Shown one piece after another: positions 24,703 to 32,007 of a stretch of 56,646 nucleotides of DNA. The notes below the pieces were generated by a model. It saw only the letters and a list, made by a program, of their open reading frames with translations, was not told the DNA's origin and made no database searches. The DNA comes from a virus. The DNA lies in the IMG/VR virus record IMGVR_UViG_3300045988_125549, positions 1 to 56,646 of that record; one strand, given 5' to 3'. A program made the position numbers and the translations under genes. Within the stretch, counting starts at the first letter, position 1. Each line of letters opens with the position of its first letter.

Positions 24703-26418
24703 CTATGATAATAGATAATTAATATCTTCAATGCTAACTTTTCCATCCACAAGTGCGTCTGAAATCTGTCCTTTCTTCTCTACAAGTTCCTCTATACGTT
24801 CATCAATAGTATTCTTGCAAACAAGAGTGATTATATTTACCGTTCCTTTTGTTCCAATTCTATGCGCTCTATCTTCTGCCTGTGCTTTCAATGCCATATT
24901 CCAAGGGCTATCAAGGAAGATAACATTCTGTGCGGCGGTCAATGTCAGTCCGGTTCCCATTGCTCCGATTGTACCGATTATAACTTTGCATTTATCATCA
25001 TTCTGAAATCTTTCAACTTCTTTCATTCTTTCATCTGCTTTTGTTGCACCGGTTATATAAGCCGGGTTATAAGATTTGAGCTGTTCCTTGGCGACAGTAG
25101 TAATGCTTTCCCAATTACTGAATATGATTGCTTTCTGTCCACTTGATGTAATTTCTTCCACAAGCTCAATCATTCTTGCCATTTTTGCGCTTTCTTGTAC
25201 CTTGCTTGATAATATTCCAGTCCATCCAGTTGCTTGTCTTAATCTAATCATCATAGCAAGTGGATTATTTGAGAACTTAATCTGATTGAGTTCACTCATA
25301 ATTCCGGCATACACTTCTTTATATATTTGTTCTTGCTTTGGTGTCATATCAACATATTCATATTTTCTTATTTTCTCCGGTAAATCAAGAACCTCTGTCT
25401 TTAATCTTCTCAGCATTACTTCATCCATTAATGCTCTTATTTCCTCAAGGTTCTTATAGCCTACAACTTGTGAACCTCCCCAGCCGCCAAGTGTACAATA
25501 ATGTGTTTTGAACTGATAGAAAGAGTGAGGTTCATATCCTAACCAATGTAAAGGAAAATATAAATCAAGTGGGTTGTTCATCAATGGTGTACCACTCATT
25601 GCAACCATATATTTCGCCGTTACATTTACCATTGCGCGGCTCTGTAATGAAGTAGGTTCTTTTGATTTATGACATTCATCAAAGGCAATTACAGATATAA
25701 TTCCTTTTTTACATAATTCCTGTAACTTATCCGCAACTGGAAAATGATATTTGCTTTTGCTTATTTTCTCTGCTCCTGCCCTCAATGTTTCGATATTTGT
25801 TATAATGTATCTGCAATCCGGTAAATTATTGAGGTCGGCTAACTTATCTGCCGTACTACCTTCATATGTCTTTCCGGTTCGTTTTCTATAACGTGTTCCA
25901 AGAACCCATCCTTTTTCATCTGAGTGAATACTAATTTCTGACTGCCAGTTATACTTCAATGAGTTTACACCACATACAATAAGTACCTTATTGATTGTAT
26001 CTGTTTTTTCAAGACATCCAACAAAATCTATAATCTGTTTTGTTTTTCCAAGTCCCTGGTCATCACATAAGAGGAACTTCTTTTTATTAAGCCCAAATCT
26101 CACACCGTCAATCTGATGATTGAATGGCTTTGTTTTAAACTCAAAATCATTTGGTATATCAATCTCAAATTCCTGCTTGTGTAAATTTTCATATACACCA
26201 TCAATTTTGATTTCTTCATTTTCAAACTTATTGCAAAGAGAAATGATATTACCAATAGGCATTTCCCAAGTATGATTATCCGCGTTATAAACTCTTGTAC
26301 CCATTTTTTTGACAAATGCTACAATTTCGGGTTCATAATCAAAACTTACAAACGCGGATTTTTTAACAAGAACATTGTTGGAGAGCTTGTCAGGCTCCCC
26401 GATATGTATTTTAATCAT
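24703..26418 (-). CDS. SNF2-family DNA helicase/translocase
   Basis: Motif I DDQGLGKT, motif II FDECHK and the C-terminal helicase motifs TGLTLTAA and QAEDRAHRIG. Confidence 0.85.
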   Translation of the reverse strand: MIKIHIGEPDKLSNNVLVKKSAFVSFDYEPEIVAFVKKMGTRVYNADNHTWEMPIGNIISLCNKFENEEIKIDGVYENLHKQEFEIDIPNDFEFKTKPFNHQIDGVRFGLNKKKFLLCDDQGLGKTKQIIDFVGCLEKTDTINKVLIVCGVNSLKYNWQSEISIHSDEKGWVLGTRYRKRTGKTYEGSTADKLADLNNLPDCRYIITNIETLRAGAEKISKSKYHFPVADKLQELCKKGIISVIAFDECHKSKEPTSLQSRAMVNVTAKYMVAMSGTPLMNNPLDLYFPLHWLGYEPHSFYQFKTHYCTLGGWGGSQVVGYKNLEEIRALMDEVMLRRLKTEVLDLPEKIRKYEYVDMTPKQEQIYKEVYAGIMSELNQIKFSNNPLAMMIRLRQATGWTGILSSKVQESAKMARMIELVEEITSSGQKAIIFSNWESITTVAKEQLKSYNPAYITGATKADERMKEVERFQNDDKCKVIIGTIGAMGTGLTLTAAQNVIFLDSPWNMALKAQAEDRAHRIGTKGTVNIITLVCKNTIDERIEELVEKKGQISDALVDGKVSIEDINYLLS

Positions 26419-26423
26419 AATTT

Positions 26424-26828
26424 TTATTTCTCCTTACATTTTATATAATAATTGCATACACTCTTGAATGAACAGTCCCAAATATCTATTATAGCACAGC
26501 CTCTTATACAAGTATGATGATTCGCCACTGTTACTAGAACTCCTTCGTTTCTAATACTTGTAGGAATAATTTCATCCAATTCATACACTTTGTATCTTTT
26601 TCCATTTGGCTTTTTAGGCATTTTCATTTTTATGTAACCAAATTTTTTAAGAACTCTTTCCATAACCTGTTTGGATGTCGGGTCATAATAACATTTTAAA
26701 GATTCCTCAGTTTGTAATTTTAAAGCCTCGTCATACGATATTTTCAAACAACTTACAAGGGCTCTTGTGGAACAATCTCCGGTTATTCTTTTTTTCGGGT
26801 TTACATTTTTCTCTAAATAAATTAACAT
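26424..26828 (-). CDS. Hypothetical protein (134 aa) with a possible Cys/His dyad
   Basis: TGDCSTRAL ... ANHHTC suggests a papain-like fold. This is inference only. Confidence 0.5.
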   Translation of the reverse strand: MLIYLEKNVNPKKRITGDCSTRALVSCLKISYDEALKLQTEESLKCYYDPTSKQVMERVLKKFGYIKMKMPKKPNGKRYKVYELDEIIPTSIRNEGVLVTVANHHTCIRGCAIIDIWDCSFKSVCNYYIKCKEK

Positions 26829-26859
26829 TCCTTATTTCCTTTCTTTTAATTCTAAAAAT

Positions 26860-26888
26860 ATTGTAATACATATTTATATAAATGTCAA
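26860..26888 (-). promoter_or_regulatory. Consensus sigma-70/SigA promoter (-35 TTGACA, 17 nt, -10 TACAAT)
   Basis: The minus strand reads TTGACATTTATATAAATATGTATTACAAT. Confidence 0.7.
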
Positions 26889-26909
26889 GCACTTTTTTAA
26901 AAATATGTA

Positions 26910-26940
26910 TAAAAAAGAGAGGATAAAAAATCCTCTCTCT
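26910..26940 (-). terminator. Rho-independent terminator
   Basis: An 8-bp stem agagagga/tcctctct is followed by a T-run on the minus strand, directly after ORF 26945-27265. Confidence 0.7.
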
Positions 26941-26944
26941 CTTA

Positions 26945-27265
26945 TTAACAGATATTACCAATGGTGCATAGGTGTTTTTTGAATAGGTCTTTCTCCGTAT
27001 CATCACAAGTGTTATATAATTCACTTAACATCTTGCGAATTGTGGAAAGAAGTAACTCCAAATTCTCCACTGTTCGATTATTCATATATTGAACAAATAA
27101 TCCTTGAATATCTGTTATAGTTTCGTCAACCGTACTTTCCGGAACTAAATCAACACTTATTTTTTCGAGTAACGCAAGAATAATAAAAGCGTCAACGTCA
27201 AAATGCTTCTTCAATTCATTTTCCGCAAGCTCTTTGGCTACTGGAATGCTTTCCTGAAAAGTCAT
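26945..27265 (-). CDS. Hypothetical acidic helical protein (106 aa)
   Basis: ORF-track entry; last gene of the accessory island. Confidence 0.5.
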   Translation of the reverse strand: MTFQESIPVAKELAENELKKHFDVDAFIILALLEKISVDLVPESTVDETITDIQGLFVQYMNNRTVENLELLLSTIRKMLSELYNTCDDTEKDLFKKHLCTIGNIC

Positions 27266-27275
27266 ATAATCACTC

Positions 27276-27575
27276 CTACATTGCTAACATCTGTCTAACC
27301 CACGCTGTCTTCTCGACATATTTTTTGTGGGATTTTTCCCACTTTTCTTCCATTTCTTCCGTTGGAGTAAATACTTTCCCTATTTGCTCGATTTCCAATG
27401 TCGCTTTGTCATGTAAATAGCCAGCGTGTTTCAATTCATCATTAGCCATTTCTTTATACCGATTCGCCCATTGTGTATCGCCTTTAGCTTTACATTCAAC
27501 GTACTTTTCCGCATAGTCTTTAGCACCACAAATCTCTTCCTCAATGTGTTCAGCTAACTTCTTAATTTTCGTCAT
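27276..27575 (-). CDS. Hypothetical helical protein (99 aa)
   Basis: The start was moved to MTKIKKL (AGGAG RBS). The E...ELKH pattern is faintly ferritin-like. Confidence 0.5.
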   Translation of the reverse strand: MTKIKKLAEHIEEEICGAKDYAEKYVECKAKGDTQWANRYKEMANDELKHAGYLHDKATLEIEQIGKVFTPTEEMEEKWEKSHKKYVEKTAWVRQMLAM

Positions 27576-27774
27576 TATAATCAACTCCTAACTTTTTTAG
27601 AATTAAATCAATCTTTCTGTCTTGTTCGGATAAATGACCATGTATCTCTTTAACTGCCGCAGATAATAAATCTCCGGCAGTATTCTGAGATAAGTTCTCA
27701 TTTAGATTTTTAACACCTATGATAAAAGACAATATATTTAATATGTCTAATATATCAAACTGTCTGTCATCCAT
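27562..27774 (-). CDS. Hypothetical protein (70 aa)
   Basis: ORF-track entry. It contains ILDILNILSFIIG. Confidence 0.5.
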   Translation of the reverse strand: MDDRQFDILDILNILSFIIGVKNLNENLSQNTAGDLLSAAVKEIHGHLSEQDRKIDLILKKLGVDYNDEN

Positions 27775-28193
27775 TAGATTTTCTCAACTACAAACGCAAG
27801 ATTTTGGGCTGTAACAACCTGTCCACCGATAACAATAGTGAGATTTGCTGTGTCACAATCACAATTAAGTCTTACAAGAGCTGATATAGGAAGTGTTACA
27901 ATATCACCTATTGCTGTTGCTGTTGCGAGGGCTGTTGCTCCTTGTACTGGTGCTCCATCTTTGTATAAGGTTGCTGTCACATTTCCCACGGCAGTAGCGG
28001 CTACTGATATAGAAGCATTTACATCATAATAACCGGCTCCGCCTTGACAATTACCGATTGATACACCGTTTCCTCCAAGCTGACAATACTTTCCGTATCG
28101 TCTAATTATTGTTGATGGTACATAAGTACCACCGATACCGATAGATGTTCCTGTTGTAGTATTAACTACATATATTCCTGATTTACAACTCAT
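27774..28193 (-). CDS. Small beta-rich G/T/A/V-rich protein, possibly BclA C-terminal-domain (C1q/TNF-like) fold
   Basis: The start was moved to MSCKSGIYVV (AGGAG RBS). YDVNASISVAAT...VTATLYKDGAPVQGA...LTIVIGG...FVVEKI resembles exosporium or fibre-tip head domains in composition. Confidence 0.4.
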   Translation of the reverse strand: MSCKSGIYVVNTTTGTSIGIGGTYVPSTIIRRYGKYCQLGGNGVSIGNCQGGAGYYDVNASISVAATAVGNVTATLYKDGAPVQGATALATATAIGDIVTLPISALVRLNCDCDTANLTIVIGGQVVTAQNLAFVVEKI

Positions 28194-28210
28194 AATGTTC
28201 TCCTTTCTAC

Positions 28211-28243
28211 TAAAAAAGAGGAATACCGACAAGGCATTCCTCT
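28211..28243 (-). terminator. Rho-independent terminator
   Basis: Stem agaggaat/attcctct is followed by a T-run on the minus strand, after ORF 28269-28880. Confidence 0.65.
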
Positions 28244-28268
28244 AATATTCAAAACCTTGTCTAAATGA

Positions 28269-28880
28269 CTAAATATTAACTCCGTTGTTGCAACAAGAGT
28301 TACTCCAGCAAGGGCTCATACCTGCTGTGTATGTTGTTGCATTCGGGTATCTAATTACACCACACATAGCGGATTGAAGCTGAAGCTGATTGACCTGTGC
28401 CTGTAAGTTCTCAATCTTATTCTGTGCCATAGCGTCAAGAATTTTCTGTGTCTGTGCCGTTGTGTTAGCATTAATAGCGGCGGTATTAATAGCTCCGTTA
28501 TAATTAACACCATCAATAGCTCTCTGCGTTGTGCAACAACAATCTGCGACCTGTTGCTGAACTGTATTGAAGTTTCTCAGAGTTTCATATCCAAGGTTAC
28601 AGATTCCATTCTGCAATCCCTGATAGTTGTGTTGAGCATTGTCGTTCAATCTGCCAACTGAATTTTCAAGATTGTTGAAATTCATAGCATTGCAAAGTCC
28701 TGCCTCTGTAACTGGTTCTCCGTTTATATTTCTGTTTCCGCCGAAGAAACCACCTCCGCCAATAAGCAAGAGAATTAAAAGTGCGAAAATCCACATTCCG
28801 CCACCGCCTGCACCACCGAACATACCATCTTTGTTGTCGGTAACAGCGGCAATGTCTGCTAAAGATACTCCATCTGTCAT
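28269..28880 (-). CDS. Single-pass membrane protein: TM helix flanked by Gly runs, Cys-rich N/Q-rich ectodomain (203 aa)
   Basis: GGAGGGGMWIFALLILLLIGGGGFFGG resembles YjcZ-type tiny TM proteins. It is followed by coiled-coil-like N/Q-rich sequence with CCC and CC clusters. Confidence 0.55.
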   Translation of the reverse strand: MTDGVSLADIAAVTDNKDGMFGGAGGGGMWIFALLILLLIGGGGFFGGNRNINGEPVTEAGLCNAMNFNNLENSVGRLNDNAQHNYQGLQNGICNLGYETLRNFNTVQQQVADCCCTTQRAIDGVNYNGAINTAAINANTTAQTQKILDAMAQNKIENLQAQVNQLQLQSAMCGVIRYPNATTYTAGMSPCWSNSCCNNGVNI

Positions 28881-28929
28881 AGTAGTATTCTCCTTTCGTT
28901 TTAATATTTATATTGATTTTGCAAAATCC

Positions 28930-29142
28930 TTATTTCAACTGAGACATAAATTCATCTACATTTATGCCCTTCCATTGACATATAGTCCTAACAGCTTGCT
29001 CCGGATTTAGCCCCTTACCTCCAAGCATATTCATTAATTGACGTACAGTTCCGGCATTATTCATCATAGCTTTCGCTTGATTAATTATTTGCGGACTTAT
29101 CTGTTGTGATTGATTTTGTCCTTGAAATAGACTGCTTGCCAT
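28930..29142 (-). CDS. Hypothetical Q/N-rich protein (70 aa)
   Basis: AAGGAGG lies 9 nt upstream of the ATG. Confidence 0.55.
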   Translation of the reverse strand: MASSLFQGQNQSQQISPQIINQAKAMMNNAGTVRQLMNMLGGKGLNPEQAVRTICQWKGINVDEFMSQLK

Positions 29143-29488
29143 TTAAAAGTTCCTCCTTTAATTGTTCAAATTCCGTTCGGGTTACATAATCTTGTTCTTT
29201 TTGGGCGGGCGCATTATCCTGTACTTCCGTAAATGCGAATTTACGAATTGAAGGAAAATTCGCTCCATCTGTTATCTTGATGTACATAATATCGTCATTA
29301 TTATCAAATAATGCAACAGTGCTATTTGGGTACATCTGATATGCCTTTGCACCTTCGATTCCGTTTACTCTTATAAGGTTCTGTACATTATTTTGATTAT
29401 ACATACCATAGTTATTTGTCAAGGGATTTATTTGTGACATAGGATTTATTTGTGGAAGCTGTGTCATCCCGAATTGATTTAACATCAT
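29081..29488 (-). CDS. Hypothetical protein (135 aa) with a Q/N/P-rich N-terminus
   Basis: ORF-track entry with an AAAGGAGAAC RBS. It overlaps the next gene by 62 nt. Confidence 0.5.
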   Translation of the reverse strand: MMLNQFGMTQLPQINPMSQINPLTNNYGMYNQNNVQNLIRVNGIEGAKAYQMYPNSTVALFDNNDDIMYIKITDGANFPSIRKFAFTEVQDNAPAQKEQDYVTRTEFEQLKEELLNGKQSISRTKSITTDKSANN

Positions 29489-29550
29489 ATGAGTTCTCCT
29501 TTCTCATATTATTAATTGCAAGAATATATTGATGTATGAATATATGTGGA

Positions 29551-29700
29551 TTATTCCGGTCCAGTTGTTTTGTCAGTCCGTTCATAATTTATTTCCTCGC
29601 TAATTCTTAAATAGGTGATTATAACAGTGAGGACATCAAGAATAGGTATTGTTCTAACATTCGGGTCACTGAATAATTTTTCTATAATTTCCGCGTTCAT
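29551..29700 (-). CDS. Small ORF (49 aa), hypothetical
   Basis: My own translation gives MNAEIIEKLFSDPNVRTIPILDVLTVIITYLRISEEINYERTDKTTGPE. ACGGAGGAC RBS. Confidence 0.45.
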   Translation of the reverse strand: MNAEIIEKLFSDPNVRTIPILDVLTVIITYLRISEEINYERTDKTTGPE

Positions 29701-29740
29701 CTTAATGTCCTCCGTTCTTATTTATACTTAAAGTATAAAT

Positions 29741-29772
29741 AAAAAAGACTACATATTAAATGTAGTCTTTTT
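29741..29772. terminator. Bidirectional hairpin terminator
   Basis: aaaaagactacat/atgtagtcttttt has an A-run on one side and a T-run on the other. Confidence 0.7.
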
Positions 29773-29787
29773 GTACAATAAATGTAT

Positions 29788-29988
29788 TCATATTACCCGA
29801 ATTATCTTACGATTAACTCTTTGACTTAGTTTACCCGCCCAATCTCGGGATATGTGTAATTCCTCGGAAATCATATCCAAAGTGTGTTTTTTAAGCCTTA
29901 ACTCAAATACTTCGTGTTCAAGCAAAGTGAAATTGCAATTCTCACGTAGATATTGAATTTCCGGTATTGTGAAGTCTTTTATTTTCAT
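29788..29988 (-). CDS. Small HTH protein resembling sigma-70 region 4 / LuxR-type domain (66 aa)
   Basis: LEHEVFELRLKKHTLDMISEELHISRDWAGKLSQRVNRKI looks like a region 4.2-type HTH. Confidence 0.45.
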   Translation of the reverse strand: MKIKDFTIPEIQYLRENCNFTLLEHEVFELRLKKHTLDMISEELHISRDWAGKLSQRVNRKIIRVI

Positions 29989-30063
29989 CTGTGCTTTCGC
30001 CCACCCACTGACGCGCGTGACCTGTGTGCTTTGCCACCGCCCTTTGGCTGACGTTTCGTTCGT
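29989..30063. other. 75-bp GC-rich island with an imperfect tandem repeat
   Basis: About 62% G+C by hand count, in an AT-rich genome. TGTGCTTTCGCCCACCC..ACTGACG (29991-30013) is repeated as TGTGCTTTGCCACCGCCC..GCTGACG (30025-30053). Confidence 0.8.
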
Positions 30064-30303
30064 TTAATTGTCATTTTCACTGCCATTAATATGCACCTCA
30101 CCTTCTCCATTCAAGATAGCATTTGTACAGTCATCAGCTTCAACCGATGTTTCGGTTGTTTCCGTTGGTAAACACCACGCATAAAGCCAAACTGCATTAG
30201 TTGCGAACAATAAAAATATTGTAATTACCCACATTATGAACCATCTTTGCGAGGTTCGTTTTATTTCGTGTAACAACTCAGAAGCCAAAGAATTATCCTC
30301 CAT
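30064..30303 (-). CDS. Small membrane protein (79 aa), possibly lysis-associated
   Basis: A single TM helix, WFIMWVITIFLLFATNAVWLYAW, adjacent to the holin cassette. Confidence 0.5.
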   Translation of the reverse strand: MEDNSLASELLHEIKRTSQRWFIMWVITIFLLFATNAVWLYAWCLPTETTETSVEADDCTNAILNGEGEVHINGSENDN

Positions 30304-30317
30304 AGTACATTCTCCTT

Positions 30318-30623
30318 TTAATTCAACAGTTGTTTAATTTTTTCCTCTTGATTTTTTTGTTGTTCTTCCAATAATCTCACGGCAAGTTCCAACTTATAAG
30401 TACGGTCGATTACTTGATTATGCTTAGATACATTTGTATTCAATGTCTGTATCTCATTATTAATCAATGCAATCTCTCCCGCAACTTTCTCATTTTGAAC
30501 ATCAAATTGACCGTGCAACTTGCCGACCGTATTATTGTAAAGTTTTCTGTTTGTACTTACTGTTCCAATCAGCGTACACCCTCCAGTGATGACCGCGACT
30601 ATAATGGGAATCCATATTTCCAT
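30318..30623 (-). CDS. Membrane-anchored coiled-coil protein (101 aa)
   Basis: N-terminal TM helix IWIPIIVAVITGGCTLIGTV. ATGA-type overlap with the holin stop. Confidence 0.5.
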   Translation of the reverse strand: MEIWIPIIVAVITGGCTLIGTVSTNRKLYNNTVGKLHGQFDVQNEKVAGEIALINNEIQTLNTNVSKHNQVIDRTYKLELAVRLLEEQQKNQEEKIKQLLN

Positions 30624-30913
30624 TATTTATTGCTGTCCTTAGACTTAGAATTTATTGTCTTAATAATATTGGAAAATGCCTCATACAAGCCAGTTGAAGC
30701 AAGTCCACTGAATAATCCGGCTAATATTACATCAGCTGTAACAATGCCCTTGTTTATCCATATATTAAGTATAAGTCCAAGAACACCTGCAATAAGCGGT
30801 ATGAACTTATTAATCTTAGGTGTCGGGATAAGATATTTAATAATAAATCCCACACATAGACATATGCCTACAATAACTGGTACTGCGTAATTTGTTAAAA
30901 ACGATAAATCCAT
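30623..30913 (-). CDS. Holin
   Basis: 96 aa with several hydrophobic helices (AVPVIVGICLCVGFII, FIPLIAGVLGLILNIW, ILAGLFSGLAS) and a charged C-terminus, immediately downstream of the endolysin. Confidence 0.7.
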   Translation of the reverse strand: MDLSFLTNYAVPVIVGICLCVGFIIKYLIPTPKINKFIPLIAGVLGLILNIWINKGIVTADVILAGLFSGLASTGLYEAFSNIIKTINSKSKDSNK

Positions 30914-31944
30914 TAATTACACTTCCTTTCCTTTGTCAATTCTGCTTTATCTATCCAACAAGTTACTTGACCCGGAACATTAACTCTGTCCGCTCTGTTT
31001 GTAATTTTAACCCTATTATTTTTGACATCATTATCGTGTAAAAAATAATATCCAGTTGAAAGAGTTGAATATGTTCTAGTTGTTTCGCTCTCATACCGTC
31101 GGATATTTCCGAGTTTGAATTTATCTCCGGCTCTCGGAACAAATTTTGTGTTCTGTACAACATTAATCGTTGTTGAACATCCCGAACTGATTAGATAATT
31201 TCCTGAAACTGTTTGCACTTTTACTTCACATTCGCCGTCCATATTAATAAGTAAATCTGCAATATTAATATCATAACCGACATTCATAGGATAGCCAAGT
31301 GCAACTATATCAGGTCTTGAGAGCTGATTTGCTCTAACAAACTTTTGTGTTATAACTTTGCCATGCTGTGCAATCTGTATTGTGAGTTCCGTTGGGTTTT
31401 CGCCCGATTTATCATATACCCAACCGGTAACATGATTCAGAGTGACCTCATCAATATAACCAGTGACATCATATGAACTCTTTGGGGACGTAGCTTTAAC
31501 ATCTTCACACCAGTATAGGTTGCTCCACTTGTTCCACTTATACGGTGTATTATCATAATAATGATAATCACGTTCAACGACTTTGTTGGTATTGCCGCCA
31601 CAACATTCTATTACAGTTTTGGTTGTAGGATTATATACACCGATATGAGAATTATCAACATATACAAGTGAAATCTTATCTGTTGGCATTTTACTCATAT
31701 CATATGATTTTCTGGTGGCTTTTTGATACAACCCACCAATCCAATCATCCGCAATGTCATTGTCCTTATAAATAGGTGTTCCGCCTGCTTTGGCGTTGCA
31801 CCACGGAAATGACTTAATCAGACACACACAATCATAATAGAATTTATTACCGATTTTCTGCCCGAAAGCTCCGGAATTATAGCTTGTATTGAGTGCTTTA
31901 ACATTAACAAGATAATTCCATAAATCTGTTGTTGTTTTATACAT
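30913..31944 (-). CDS. Endolysin: NlpC/P60-like cysteine peptidase with an SH3b-like C-terminal binding domain
   Basis: YYDCVCLIKSF (catalytic Cys context) and NSHIGVY (His). The C-terminus GDKFKL...YFLHDND...VKITN...GQVTCWI is SH3-like. The start was moved to MYKTTTD (AAGGAG RBS). Confidence 0.55.
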   Translation of the reverse strand: MYKTTTDLWNYLVNVKALNTSYNSGAFGQKIGNKFYYDCVCLIKSFPWCNAKAGGTPIYKDNDIADDWIGGLYQKATRKSYDMSKMPTDKISLVYVDNSHIGVYNPTTKTVIECCGGNTNKVVERDYHYYDNTPYKWNKWSNLYWCEDVKATSPKSSYDVTGYIDEVTLNHVTGWVYDKSGENPTELTIQIAQHGKVITQKFVRANQLSRPDIVALGYPMNVGYDINIADLLINMDGECEVKVQTVSGNYLISSGCSTTINVVQNTKFVPRAGDKFKLGNIRRYESETTRTYSTLSTGYYFLHDNDVKNNRVKITNRADRVNVPGQVTCWIDKAELTKERKCN

Positions 31945-32007
31945 TGCTTTTTTATCTCCTTTCTTATTTGTATTATACAATAAGCATATATTAAATACAA
32001 GTATTAA

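Noticed and set aside
26731-27024. 97-aa minus-strand ORF spanning 26731-27024
   Set aside because: It runs through a terminator hairpin and a consensus promoter and overlaps two better-supported genes in other frames. It is an AT-rich artefact.
29081-29142. 62-nt overlap of ORFs 29081-29488 and 28930-29142 as a programmed frameshift site
   Set aside because: In the downstream frame a TAA stop lies immediately before the ATG, and that ATG has its own AAGGAGG. The two are ordinary overlapping genes and no fusion frame exists.
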